Source: Nemertoderma westbladi
Taxonomy: Eukaryota; Animalia; Xenacoelomorpha
DNA length: 64,000 nucleotides
Reading direction: 5' to 3'
Assembly: GCA_032718475.1 (NCBI GenBank)
Contig: JAUCBJ010006685.1
Span: 27,291-91,290, forward strand
Positions 38,797 through 53,700 of this stretch are shown here, in pieces. Numbering within the stretch: position 1 is the stretch's first letter; each line of letters starts with the position of its first letter. The notes under the pieces are model-generated. The model was not told the origin of the DNA, made no database searches, and saw only the letters and a list, made by a program, of their open reading frames with translations. The position numbers and the translations under genes were made by a program.

Positions 38797-39354
38797 TTAG
38801 TTTTCAAATCCATATCGCTTTGGGGGCCTAGACATTCGGCCTGAACGCGTAACGACCGTGGGTGGAGCAACCCCTATTGGTATCTCATCTTCATCATCTG
38901 TAGGGTCTATTTCATCGTATGATGTTTCATCATCTGTACTATCAACCTCCGTTTCCGATTCGATATCAATTACCCTTTCAATTTTATTATTCGTATTTAA
39001 TGCTGACTCAACCTGATTTTCTGCATGCGAAACTTTCATCGACTTTCTAACATCTTGAAGGTGTCGGCGTATTCCTTTCACTATCACTGAACGTTCCTGT
39101 ACTTGATCGACTCTATGAGGTCCCTTCCATCTCACGGTGCATTTCACATGTGAATCTGGTTTCACGAATACGTAGTCCCCAACTTTTATATTTCCGCTTG
39201 ACCTACAATCGACATCTTCTTTGGGTTGCGATATTTCTGTCACACTAGGTAGCTTCATCTTTCGTTTTGACAATCCACCAAAGAGCTTCTGAGCTGGAGT
39301 TTGCTCTTCACTCCTTCCACAAGTGTTATTGTACCAGAAACAGGATTGTTCCAA
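38797..39354 (-). pseudogene. Integrase C-terminal fragment (end of core + GPY/F-like domain), out of frame with RT
   Basis: FWYNNT..TPAQKLFG, VGDYVFVK, WKGPHRV, TRSGRMSRPPKRY; no HHCC or D,D(35)E region. Confidence 0.85.
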
Positions 39355-40592
39355 TTCTTTTGTTCATTTCCACAAATTTCTAGACCGAGAACCTTACATC
39401 CATTTATTACTGGTTCAGCGTCTTTTGAAATTAACCCATAATCTTTCAGGTGACCCCTTACAGCCTCTGTAGGTATTTTATTCGTGTTTACATATACATC
39501 GTCTCTGAAGTTATCTGTGGAACTTTGAACCTTTTCATCTTTCTTTAAAACTCCTTCAACAATACGGTCCATAATCTTTGGACCAGGACCCAACCCAAAT
39601 CCCATCCTAGTAACGACATATCGCTTTCCTTCATATACAACAGTTTGGTATGATCGTAGTTCTTCTTTAATATGAATTTGCATATATGCCCAACGAAGAT
39701 CGATTACAGCGGTTTGTTCTCCCATCCTCCGCCAGACTCTTAATTTTTCATTGCAGGCAGCAGCTTCACGACCAGGTGCATTGATGACATGAGAATTCAG
39801 TTCTCTATAATCTAAGATCGGCCTTATTCGTTGTTTTTTCTCCTCATATTTTGCCATGATTGGGATGGTTCCCTTGACTTCTCCATGAATTTCCGGAGAG
39901 TATGGAACTATCCATTCTCGCTCGATCCACTCTTCCATAGCAGCTTTATATAATTCGGTGTGCTCTGGTCGTATGCGATACTCAGTCATTTGATTATTAA
40001 GCTGAGGTGGTGTTCCGTCTTTCCACTTCCACTCTGCAGTCCAATTTTTTCCATCATATACTACGCGAAAGTCTGAATCTTCTATAATAATATCGGACTG
40101 ATTGGGTGCTATTTTCTTAGTTAGTGATACTTCGATATTGACTTGTTCCTTCTCTTCAATATCTAGCTGTTTAACCTCAGCCCCTACACAACCAAATATG
40201 ATTGGAGACAACGTTTCAGATCCAATATGTCGGACCACATCGATTCCTAACATTACTGCCCCTTCACCCAACAATTTTTCTACCACCAATACTGGCCATG
40301 TAAAAAGGAATTCAATTGAATTAATGGCAACGAATGTTAATTCAACCTCTCCTATCACTCCACAATGCGATTCACCGTCTAACATCGTAATTTCAGATGA
40401 TCTAATACATTTTTTCACTTCTATTCCATTTTGTTGACACCATAGTTTTGACACTAAACATCTCGAGCAGCCAGTGTCAACCAATGCGGGAATGACTATA
40501 TTCATTCCTTCAAGTTGAATGCCAACTAATGGGAGATTCCCGTTGTGGGGGAAACATCCATTGGCTGCGATGAATCCCCCATTCCGTTTCCC
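39255..40592 (-). pseudogene. pol: Pol: aspartic protease + reverse transcriptase, truncated by internal deletion
   Basis: ALVDTGCS; RPILDYRELN, IDLRWAYMQI, RMGFGL, NFRDD, KVLG; homology ends at ~39360. Confidence 0.9.
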
Positions 40593-41482
40593 GAAGGTTG
40601 CCGCCACGATGATGCCGCCAAAGCATTATTGCTACCGGAGACCGCATTCGTATACCCTTGTCTCGTACTGTTACGGCATCCTCTCGCAATATGACCCTCC
40701 ATTCCACAATTGTGACACCTGATGACATTTCCACTATTTCTAGCTTGAAAACCATCATAACGATCATTACCGGTGCCACCTCTATCAGCTACTGAACAAT
40801 TCCGAGCCAAGTGGCCCCACGTTCCACAACGGTAACACTGAACATTACTACCAACACCACCGCTATTTACAATGGGACGAAATCCCCTTCCCCTGTGTGG
40901 CCCACCACGAAAACCAGCAGCTCCAATCCCAAAACCGGCAGCTCCAATCCCAATCCCATCTCTTCCACTTCCGGCTCTCTCTGACAGTATACGCCGAGCT
41001 TGTTGCAATAAATCCGTCCAATTTCTCCTGCTCGCCATTGCTTTAACTTCTGACCTAACGCTCTCAGGTAAACCATTCGCAAACTGAGCCGTTAACATAT
41101 CCTGTGCACATTGACTATCTATATCCTTTGTAATTAGTGATAGCAACCTCCGCAAATCTGCTAGAAACGCATCAGCAGACTCATCACTCTTTAATATCCG
41201 ACTTTTAAACTTATCGTACGCTAGATACGGATTATCAGCAAACGCCTCGATCAATCGGTCACGAACTTCATCGTAGTTATTCTTTTGCTCGTCGTCCAGC
41301 TGATTTATAACATCATGAGCTGCTCCCGTCAGCGATAGACGAAAATATGTTACTCGACTCTCTTCCGTTAGTTTAGATTCCGTTTTGAGAATATTGAAAG
41401 TATCGTCAAACGTTGCAATCCACGAGCAGGGATCACCAGTTCCATCATACTTAACAACGTAATCCGATAATTTTGGCGCCAT
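40526..41482 (-). CDS. gag: Gag (capsid + two CCHC zinc knuckles), intact 318 aa
   Basis: KYDGTGDPCSW, ESADAF, QFANGLP, CYRCGTWGHLARNC, CHNCGMEGHIARGC. Confidence 0.92.
   Translation of the reverse strand: MAPKLSDYVVKYDGTGDPCSWIATFDDTFNILKTESKLTEESRVTYFRLSLTGAAHDVINQLDDEQKNNYDEVRDRLIEAFADNPYLAYDKFKSRILKSDESADAFLADLRRLLSLITKDIDSQCAQDMLTAQFANGLPESVRSEVKAMASRRNWTDLLQQARRILSERAGSGRDGIGIGAAGFGIGAAGFRGGPHRGRGFRPIVNSGGVGSNVQCYRCGTWGHLARNCSVADRGGTGNDRYDGFQARNSGNVIRCHNCGMEGHIARGCRNSTRQGYTNAVSGSNNALAASSWRQPSGNGMGDSSQPMDVSPTTGISH
40586..40592 (-). promoter_or_regulatory. -1 ribosomal frameshift slippery heptamer G GGA AAC
   Basis: In-frame TCG GGA AAC (S-G-N) in the gag/pol overlap, followed by a strong stem TGGGGGA...TCCCCCA. 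Confidence 0.85.
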
Positions 41483-41525
41483 AACGATTTAGGTTAAACA
41501 ATAGATCAGTATAGCCCGGTTAACT

Positions 41526-41783
41526 TGTTGAAGATATATAAACAGTTATTGATAATCCAGTAACTCAATAATATAGTATAATAGCTGACAGTCAAGTTAC
41601 AGAACTGCACACAGACCTAACACAACTGACAACTGCACAACCTCCTACCTACCGTACCTGTCCAACCGGTAGGCCTACACCTGATACAGCAGCACTAGTA
41701 CTGTACTGTAGTTTTTCCTTTCTTGTACTACCGTACTATCCCAGTGGCATGGCCTACTATATGTCTCACACAATTTCCCAACA
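41526..41783 (-). repeat. 5' LTR (258 bp, TGTTG...CAACA)
   Basis: Perfect 5-bp terminal inverted repeat; gag ATG 44 nt downstream. Confidence 0.82.
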
Positions 41784-44700
41784 TTGCTGTACTTCCCCAG
41801 GGACTATATATTTCTCACGAACTACTTGCTTTACTTCCCCAATGACTATATATTTCTCACGAACTACTTGCTGTACTTCCCCAATGACTATATATTTCTC
41901 ACGAACTACTTGCTTTACTTCCCCAATGACTATATATTTCTCACGAACTACTTGCTTTACTTCCCCAATGACTATATATTTCTCACGAACTACTTGCTTT
42001 ACTTCCCCAATGACTATATATTTCTCACGAACTACTTGCTGTACTTCCCCAGGGACTATATATTTCTCACGAACTACTTGCTTTACTTCCCCAATGACTA
42101 TATATTTCTCACGAACTACTTGCTGTACTTCCCCAATGACTATATATTTCTCACGAACTACTTGCTTTACTTCCCCAATGACTAGATATTTCTCACGAAC
42201 TACTTGCTTTACTTCCCCAATGACTATATATCTCTCACGAACTACTTGCTGTACTTCCCCAGGGACTATATATTTCTCACGAACTACTTGCTGTACTTCC
42301 CCAGGGACTATATATTTCTCACGAACTACTTGCTGTACTTCCCCAGGGACTATATATTTCTCACGAACTACTTGCTTTACTTCCCCAATGACTATATATT
42401 TCTCACGAACTACTTGCTGTACTTCAACAGGGACTATATATTTCTCACGAACTACTTGCTTTACTTCCCCAGGGACTATATATTTCTCACGAACTACTTG
42501 CTTTACTTCCCCAATGACTATATATTTCTCACGAACTACTTGCTGTACTTCCCCAGGGACTATATATTTCTCACGAACTACTTGCTCTACTTCAACAGGG
42601 ACTAGATATTTCTCACGAACTACTTGCTGTACTTCCCCAGGGACTATATATTTCTCACGAACTACTTGCTGTACTTCCCCAATGACTATATATTTCTCAC
42701 GAACTACTTGCTGTACTTCTCCATGGACTATATATTTCTCACGAACTACTTGCTTTACTTCCCCAATGACTATATATTTCTCACGAACTACTTGTTGTAC
42801 TTCCCCAATGACTATATATTTCTCACGAACTACTTGCTGTACTTCCCCAATGACTATATATTTCTCACGAACTACTTGCTTTACTTCCCCAATGAATATA
42901 TATTTCTCACGAACTACTTGCTGTACTTCCCCAATGACTATATATTTCTCACGAACTACTTGCTTTACTTCCCCAATGACTATATATTTCTCACGAACTA
43001 CTTGCTGTACTTCCCCAATGACTATATATTTCTCACGAACTACTTGCTTTACTTCCCCAATGACTAGATATTTCTCACGAACTACTTGCTTTACTTCCCC
43101 AATGACTATATATTTCTCACGAACTACTTGCTTTACTTCCCCAATGACTAGATATTTCTCACGAACTACTTGCTTTACTTCCCCAATGACTATATATTTC
43201 TCACGAACTACTTGCTGTACTTCCCCAGGGACTATATATTTCTCACGAACTACTTGCTGTACTTCCCCAGGGACTATATATTTCTCACGAACTACTTGCT
43301 GTACTTCCCCAGGGACTATATATTTCTCACGAACTACTTGCTTTACTTCCCCAATGACTATATATTTCTCACGAACTACTTGCTTTACTTCCCCAATGAC
43401 TATATATTTCTCACGAACTACTTGCTGTACTTCCCCAATGACTATATATTTCTCACGAACTACTTGCTTTACTTCCCCAATGACTAGATATTTCTCACGA
43501 ACTACTTGCTTTACTTCCCCAATGACTATATATTTCTCACGAACTACTTGCTGTACTTCCCCAGGGACTATATATTTCTCACGAACTACTTGCTGTACTT
43601 CCCCAGGGACTATATATTTCTCACGAACTACTTGCTTTACTTCCCCAATGACTATATATTTCTCACGAACTACTTGTTGTACTTCCCCAGGGACTAGATA
43701 TTTCTCACGAACTACTTGCTGTACTTCCCCAGGGACTATATATTTCTCACGAACTACTTGCTTTACTTCCCCAATGACTATATATTTCTCACGAACTACT
43801 TGCTGTACTTCAACAGGGACTATATATTTCTCACGAACTACTTGCTTTACTTCCCCAGGGACTATATATTTCTCACGAACTACTTGCTTTACTTCCCCAA
43901 TGACTATATATTTCTCACGAACTACTTGCTGTACTTCCCCAGGGACTATATATTTCTCACGAACTACTTGCTGTACTTCCCCAGGGACTATATATTTCTC
44001 ACGAACTACTTGCTTTACTTCCCCAATGACTATATATTTCTCACGAACTACTTGCTGTACTTCCCCAGGGACTATATATTTCTCACGAACTACTTGCTTT
44101 ACTTCCCCAGGGACTATATATTTCTCACGAACTACTTGCTTTACTTCCCCAATGACTATATATTTCTCACGAACTACTTGCTGTACTTCCCCAGGGACTA
44201 TATATTTCTCACGAACTACTTGCTGTACTTCCCCAATGACTATATATTTCTCACGAACTACTTGCTTTACTTCCCCAATGACTATATATTTCTCACGAAC
44301 TACTTGCTGTACTTCCCCAGGGACTATATATTTCTCACGAACTACTTGCTGTACTTCCCCAGGGACTATATATTTCTCACGAACTACTTGCTGTACTTCC
44401 CCAGGGACTATATATTTCTCACGAACTACTTGCTGTACTTCCCCAGGGACTATATATTTCTCACGAACTACTTGCTGTACTTCAACAGGGACTAGATATT
44501 TCTCACGAACTACTTGCTGTACTTCCCCAGGGACTATATATTTCTCACGAACTACTTGCTGTACTTCCCCAGGGACTATATATTTCTCACGAACTACTTG
44601 CTGTACTTCCCCAGGGACTAGATATTTCTCACGAACTACTTGCTTTACTTCCCCAATGACTAGATATTTCTCACGAACTACTTGCTTTACTTCCCCAATG

Positions 44701-47700
44701 ACTATATATTTCTCACGAACTACTTGCTTTACTTCCCCAATGACTAGATATTTCTCACGAACTACTTGCTTTACTTCCCCAATGACTATATATTTCTCAC
44801 GAACTACTTGCTGTACTTCCCCAGGGACTATATATTTCTCACGAACTACTTGCTGTACTTCCCCAGGGACTATATATTTCTCACGAACTACTTGCTGTAC
44901 TTCCCCAGGGACTATATATTTCTCACGAACTACTTGCTTTACTTCCCCAATGACTATATATTTCTCACGAACTACTTGCTTTACTTCCCCAATGACTAGA
45001 TATTTCTCACGAACTACTTGCTTTACTTCCCCAATGACTATATATTTCTCACGAACTACTTGCTTTACTTCCCCAATGACTAGATATTTCTCACGAACTA
45101 CTTGCTTTACTTCCCCAATGACTATATATTTCTCACGAACTACTTGCTGTACTTCCCCAGGGACTATATATTTCTCACGAACTACTTGCTGTACTTCCCC
45201 AGGGACTATATATTTCTCACGAACTACTTGCTGTACTTCCCCAGGGACTATATATTTCTCACGAACTACTTGCTTTACTTCCCCAATGACTATATATTTC
45301 TCACGAACTACTTGCTTTACTTCCCCAATGACTATATATTTCTCACGAACTACTTGCTGTACTTCCCCAATGACTATATATTTCTCACGAACTACTTGCT
45401 TTACTTCCCCAATGACTAGATATTTCTCACGAACTACTTGCTTTACTTCCCCAATGACTATATATTTCTCACGAACTACTTGCTGTACTTCCCCAGGGAC
45501 TATATATTTCTCACGAACTACTTGCTGTACTTCCCCAGGGACTATATATTTCTCACGAACTACTTGCTTTACTTCCCCAATGACTATATATTTCTCACGA
45601 ACTACTTGTTGTACTTCCCCAGGGACTAGATATTTCTCACGAACTACTTGCTGTACTTCCCCAGGGACTATATATTTCTCACGAACTACTTGCTGTACTT
45701 CCCCAATGACTATATATTTCTCACGAACTACTTGCTGTACTTCCCCAGGGACTATATATTTCTCACGAACTACTTGCTGTACTTCCCCAGGGACTATATA
45801 TTTCTCACGAACTACTTGCTGTACTTCCCCAATGACTATATATTTCTCACGAACTACTTGCTGTACTTCCCCAGGGACTATATATTTCTCACGAACTACT
45901 TGCTTTACTTCCCCAATGACTATATATTTCTCACGAACTACTTGTTGTACTTCCCCAGGGACTAGATATTTCTCACGAACTACTTGCTGTACTTCCCCAG
46001 GGACTATATATTTATCACGAACTACTTGCTTTACTTCCCCAGGGACTATATATTTCTCACGAACTACTTGCTGTACTTCCCCAGGGACTATATATTTCTC
46101 ACGAACTACTTGCTTTACTTCCCCAATGACTATATATTTCTCACGAACTACTTGTTGTACTTCCCCAGGGACTAGATATTTCTCACGAACTACTTGCTGT
46201 ACTTCCCCAGGGACTATATATTTCTCACGAACTACTTGCTTTACTTCCCCAATGACTATATATTTCTCACGAACTACTTGCTGTACTTCAACAGGGACTA
46301 TATATTTCTCACGAACTACTTGCTTTACTTCCCCAGGGACTATATATTTCTCACGAACTACTTGCTTTACTTCCCCAATGACTATATATTTCTCACGAAC
46401 TACTTGCTGTACTTCCCCAGGGACTATATATTTCTCACGAACTACTTGCTGTACTTCCCCAGGGACTATATATTTCTCACGAACTACTTGCTTTACTTCC
46501 CCAATGACTATATATTTCTCACGAACTACTTGCTGTACTTCCCCAGGGACTATATATTTCTCACGAACTACTTGCTTTACTTCCCCAGGGACTATATATT
46601 TCTCACGAACTACTTGCTTTACTTCCCCAATGACTATATATTTCTCACGAACTACTTGCTGTACTTCCCCAGGGACTATATATTTCTCACGAACTACTTG
46701 CTGTACTTCCCCAATGACTATATATTTCTCACGAACTACTTGCTTTACTTCCCCAATGACTATATATTTCTCACGAACTACTTGCTGTACTTCCCCAGGG
46801 ACTATATATTTCTCACGAACTACTTGCTGTACTTCCCCAGGGACTATATATTTCTCACGAACTACTTGCTGTACTTCCCCAGGGACTATATATTTCTCAC
46901 GAACTACTTGCTGTACTTCCCCAGGGACTATATATTTCTCACGAACTACTTGCTGTACTTCAACAGGGACTAGATATTTCTCACGAACTACTTGCTGTAC
47001 TTCAACAGGGACTATATATTTCTCACGAACTACTTGCTGTACTTCCCCAGGGACTAGATATTTCTCACGAACTACTTGCTGTACTTCCCCAGGGACTATA
47101 TATTTCTCACGAACTACTTGCTGTACTTCCCCAGGGACTAGATATTTCTCACGAACTACTTGCTGTACTTCCCCAGGGACTAGATATTTCTCACGAACTA
47201 CTTGCTGTACTTCCCCAATGACTATATATTTCTCACGAACTACTTGCTGTACTTCCCCAATGACTATATATTTCTCACGAACTACTTGCTGTACTTCCCC
47301 AATGACTATATATTTCTCACGAACTACTTGCTGTACTTCCCCAATGACTATATATTTCTCACGAACTACTTGCTGTACTTCTCCATGGACTATATATTTC
47401 TCACGAACTACTTGCTTTACTTCCCCAATGACTATATATTTCTCACGAACTACTTGCTGTACTTCCCCAATGACTATATATTTCTCACGAACTACTTGCT
47501 TTACTTCCCCAATGACTATATATTTCTCACGAACTACTTGCTTTACTTCCCCAATGACTATATATTTCTCACGAACTACTTGCTGTACTTCCCCAATGAC
47601 TATATATTTCTCACGAACTACTTGCTTTACTTCCCCAATGACTATATATTTCTCACGAACTACTTGCTTTACTTCCCCAATGACTATATATTTCTCACGA

Positions 47701-50700
47701 ACTACTTGCTGTACTTCCCCAATGACTATATATTTCTCACGAACTACTTGCTGTACTTCCCCAATGACTATATATTTCTCACGAACTACTTGCTTTACTT
47801 CCCCAATGACTATATATTTCTCACGAACTACTTGCTTTACTTCCCCAGGGACTATATATTTCTCACGAACTACTTGCTTTACTTCCCCAATGACTAGATA
47901 TTTCTCACGAACTACTTGCTTTACTTCCCCAATGACTAGATATTTCTCACGAACTACTTGCTTTACTTCAACAGGGACTAGATATTTCTCACGAACTACT
48001 TGCTGTACTTCCCCCAGGGACTATATATTTCTCACGAACTACTTGCTGTACTTCCCCAATGACTATATATTTCTCACGAACTACTTGCTTTACTTCCCCA
48101 ATGACTATATATTTCTCACGAACTACTTGCTTTACTTCCCCAATGACTAGATATTTCTCACGAACTACTTGCTGTACTTCCCCAATGACTATATATTTCT
48201 CACGAACTACTTGCTTTACTTCCCTAATGACTATATATTTCTCACGAACTACTTGCTTTACTTCCCCAATGACTAGATATTTCTCACGAACTACTTGCTG
48301 TACTTCCCCAATGACTATATATTTCTCACGAACTACTTGCTTTACTTCCCCAATGACTAGATATTTCTCACGAACTACTTGCTGTACTTCCCCAATGATT
48401 ATATATTTCTCACGAACTACTTGCTTTACTTCCCTAATGACTATATATTTCTCACGAACTACTTGCTGTACTTCCCCAATGACTATATATTTCTCACGAA
48501 CTACTTGCTTTACTTCCCCAATGACTAGATATTTCTCACGAACTACTTGCTTTACTTCAACAGGGACTAGATATTTCTCACGAACTACTTGCTGTACTTC
48601 CCCAGGGACTATATATTTCTCACGAACTACTTGCTGTACTTCCCCAATGACTATATATTTCTCACGAACTATTGCTTTACTTCCCCAATGACTATATATT
48701 TCTCACGAACTACTTGCTTTACTTCCCCAATGACTAGATATTTCTCACGAACTACTTGCTTTACTTCCCCAATGACTAGATATTTCTCACGAACTACTTG
48801 CTGTACTTCCCCAGGGACTATATATTTCTCACGAACTACTTGCTGTACTTCCCCAATGACTATATATTTCTCACGAACTACTTGCTTTACTTCCCCAATG
48901 ACTATATATTTCTCACGAACTACTTGCTGTACTTCCCCAATGACTATATATTTCTCACGAACTACTTGCTTTACTTCCCCAATGACTATATATTTCTCAC
49001 GAACTACTTGCTGTACTTCCCCAGGGACTATATATTTCTCACGAACTACTTGCTGTACTTCCCCAGGGACTATATATTTATCACGAACTACTTGCTTTAC
49101 TTCCCCAATGACTAGATATTTCTCACGAACTACTTGCTGTACTTCCCCAGGGACTATATATTTCTCACGAACTACTTGCTGTACTTCCCCAATGACTATA
49201 TATTTCTCACGAACTACTTGCTTTACTTCCCCAATGACTATATATTTCTCACGAACTACTTGCTGTACTTCCCCAATGACTATATATTTCTCACGAACTA
49301 CTTGCTTTACTTCCCCAATGACTATATATTTCTCACGAACTACTTGCTGTACTTCCCCAGGGACTATATATTTCTCACGAACTACTTGCTGTACTTCCCC
49401 AGGGACTATATATTTATCACGAACTACTTGCTTTACTTCCCCAATGACTATATATTTCTCACGAACTACTTGCTGTACTTCAACAGGGACTATATATTTC
49501 TCACGAACTACTTGCTTTACTTCCCCAGGGACTATATATTTCTCACGAACTACTTGCTTTACTTCCCCAATGACTAGATATTTCTCACGAACTACTTGCT
49601 TTACTTCCCCAATGACTATATATTTCTCACGAACTACTTGCTGTACTTCCCCAGGGACTATATATTTCTCACGAACTACTTGCTTTACTTCCCCAATGAC
49701 TATATATTTCTCACGAACTACTTGCTGTACTTCCCCAATGACTATATATTTCTCACGAACTACTTGCTTTACTTCCCCAATGACTATATATTTCTCACGA
49801 ACTACTTGCTTTACTTCCCCAATGACTATATATTTCTCACGAACTACTTGCTTTACTTCCCCAATGACTATATATTTCTCACGAACTACTTGCTGTACTT
49901 CCCCAGGGACTATATATTTCTCACGAACTACTTGCTTTACTTCCCCAATGACTATATATTTCTCACGAACTACTTGCTGTACTTCCCCAATGACTATATA
50001 TTTCTCACGAACTACTTGCTTTACTTCCCCAATGACTAGATATTTCTCACGAACTACTTGCTTTACTTCCCCAATGACTATATATCTCTCACGAACTACT
50101 TGCTGTACTTCCCCAGGGACTATATATTTCTCACGAACTACTTGCTGTACTTCCCCAGGGACTATATATTTCTCACGAACTACTTGCTGTACTTCCCCAG
50201 GGACTATATATTTCTCACGAACTACTTGCTTTACTTCCCCAATGACTATATATTCTCACGAACTACTTGCTGTACTTCAACAGGGACTATATATTTCTCA
50301 CGAACTACTTGCTTTACTTCCCCAGGGACTATATATTTCTCACGAACTACTTGCTTTACTTCCCCAATGACTATATATTCTCACGAACTACTTGCTGTAC
50401 TTCAACAGGGACTATATATTTCTCACGAACTACTTGCTTTACTTCCCCAGGGACTATATATTTCTCACGAACTACTTGCTTTACTTCCCCAATGACTATA
50501 TATTTCTCACGAACTACTTGCTGTACTTCCCCAGGGACTAGATATTTCTCACGAACTACTTGCTGTACTTCCCCAGGGACTATATATTTCTCACGAACTA
50601 CTTGCTGTACTTCCCCAGGGACTATATATTTCTCACGAACTACTTGCTGTACTTCCCCAGGGACTATATATTTCTCACGAACTACTTGCTGTACTTCCCC

Positions 50701-53700
50701 AGGGACTAGATATTTCTCACGAACTACTTGCTTTACTTCCCCAATGACTATATATTTCTCACGAACTACTTGCTGTACTTCCCCAATGACTATATATTTC
50801 TCACGAACTACTTGCTGTACTTCCCCAGGGACTAGATATTTCTCACGAACTACTTGCTGTACTTCCCCAATGACTATATATTTCTCACGAACTACTTGCT
50901 GTACTTCCCCAGGGACTAGATATTTCTCACGAACTACTTGCTTTACTTCCCCAATGACTATATATTTCTCACGAACTACTTGCTGTACTTCCCCAATGAC
51001 TATATATTTCTCACGAACTACTTGCTGTACTTCCCCAGGGACTATATATTTCTCACGAACTACTTGCTTTACTTCCCCAATGACTATATATTTCTCACGA
51101 ACTACTTGTTGTACTTCCCCAATGACTATATATTTCTCACGAACTACTTGCTGTACTTCCCCAATGACTATATATTTCTCACAAACTACTTGCTTTACTT
51201 CCCCAATGACTATATATTTCTCACGAACTACTTGCTTTACTTCCCCAATGACTATATATTTCTCACGAACTACTTGCTTTACTTCCCCAATGACTATATA
51301 TTTCTCACGAACTACTTGCTGTACTTCCCCAGGGACTATATATTTCTCACGAACTACTTGCTTTACTTCCCCAATGACTATATATTTCTCACGAACTACT
51401 TGCTGTACTTCCCCAATGACTATATATTTCTCACGAACTACTTGCTTTACTTCCCCAATGACTATATATTTCTCACGAACTACTTGCTTTACTTCCCCAA
51501 TGACTATATATTTCTCACGAACTACTTGCTTTACTTCCCCAATGACTATATATTTCTCACGAACTACTTGCTGTACTTCCCCAGGGACTATATATTTCTC
51601 ACGAACTACTTGCTTTACTTCCCCAATGACTATATATTTCTCACGAACTACTTGCTTTACTTCCCCAATGACTAGATATTTCTCACGAACTACTTGCTTT
51701 ACTTCCCCAATGACTATATATCTCTCACGAACTACTTGCTGTACTTCCCCAGGGACTATATATTTCTCACGAACTACTTGCTGTACTTCCCCAGGGACTA
51801 TATATTTCTCACGAACTACTTGCTGTACTTCCCCAGGGACTATATATTTCTCACGAACTACTTGCTTTACTTCCCCAATGACTATATATTCTCACGAACT
51901 ACTTGCTGTACTTCAACAGGGACTATATATTTCTCACGAACTACTTGCTTTACTTCCCCAGGGACTATATATTTCTCACGAACTACTTGCTTTACTTCCC
52001 CAATGACTATATATTCTCACGAACTACTTGCTGTACTTCAACAGGGACTATATATTTCTCACGAACTACTTGCTTTACTTCCCCAGGGACTATATATTTC
52101 TCACGAACTACTTGCTTTACTTCCCCAATGACTATATATTTCTCACGAACTACTTGCTGTACTTCCCCAGGGACTAGATATTTCTCACGAACTACTTGCT
52201 GTACTTCCCCAGGGACTATATATTTCTCACGAACTACTTGCTGTACTTCCCCAATGACTATATATTTCTCACGAACTACTTGCTGTACTTCTCCATGGAC
52301 TATATATTTCTCACGAACTACTTGCTTTACTTCCCCAATGACTATATATTTCTCACGAACTACTTGTTGTACTTCCCCAATGACTATATATTTCTCACGA
52401 ACTACTTGCTGTACTTCCCCAATGACTATATATTTCTCACAAACTACTTGCTTTACTTCCCCAATGACTATATATTTCTCACGAACTACTTGCTGTACTT
52501 CCCCAATGACTATATATTTCTCACGAACTACTTGCTTTACTTCCCCAATGACTATATATTTCTCACGAACTACTTGCTGTACTTCCCCAATGACTATATA
52601 TTTCTCACGAACTACTTGCTTTACTTCCCCAATGACTAGATATTTCTCACGAACTACTTGCTTTACTTCCCCAATGACTATATATTTCTCACGAACTACT
52701 TGCTTTACTTCCCCAATGACTAGATATTTCTCACGAACTACTTGCTTTACTTCCCCAATGACTATATATTTCTCACGAACTACTTGCTGTACTTCCCCAG
52801 GGACTATATATTTCTCACGAACTACTTGCTGTACTTCCCCAGGGACTATATATTTCTCACGAACTACTTGCTTTACTTCCCCAATGACTATATATTTCTC
52901 ACGAACTACTTGCTTTACTTCCCCAATGACTATATATTTCTCACGAACTACTTGCTGTACTTCCCCAATGACTATATATTTCTCACGAACTACTTGCTTT
53001 ACTTCCCCAATGACTAGATATTTCTCACGAACTACTTGCTTTACTTCCCCAATGACTATATATTTCTCACGAACTACTTGCTGTACTTCCCCAGGGACTA
53101 TATATTTCTCACGAACTACTTGCTGTACTTCCCCAATGACTATATATTTCTCACGAACTACTTGCTTTACTTCCCCAATGACTATATATTTCTCACGAAC
53201 TACTTGCTTTACTTCCCCAGGGACTATATATTTCTCACGAACTACTTGCTTTACTTCCCCAATGACTATATATTTCTCACGAACTACTTGTTGTACTTCC
53301 CCAGGGACTAGATATTTCTCACGAACTACTTGCTGTACTTCCCCAGGGACTATATATTTCTCACGAACTACTTGCTTTACTTCCCCAATGACTATATATT
53401 TCTCACGAACTACTTGCTGTACTTCAACAGGGACTATATATTTCTCACGAACTACTTGCTTTACTTCCCCAGGGACTATATATTTCTCACGAACTACTTG
53501 CTTTACTTCCCCAATGACTATATATTTCTCACGAACTACTTGCTGTACTTCCCCAGGGACTATATATTTCTCACGAACTACTTGCTCTACTTCAACAGGG
53601 ACTAGATATTTCTCACGAACTACTTGCTGTACTTCCCCAGGGACTATATATTTCTCACGAACTACTTGCTGTACTTCCCCAATGACTATATATTTCTCAC

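Larger units (their letters stand above)
38532..41783 (-). mobile_element. Internally deleted Ty3/Gypsy-type LTR retrotransposon inserted in satellite B
   Basis: 242-bp direct repeats that look identical by eye (38532-38773, 41542-41783); gag with two CCHC knuckles; order PR-RT-(deletion)-IN C-terminus; purine tract GGGAGG (minus) at 38774-38779. Confidence 0.93.
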
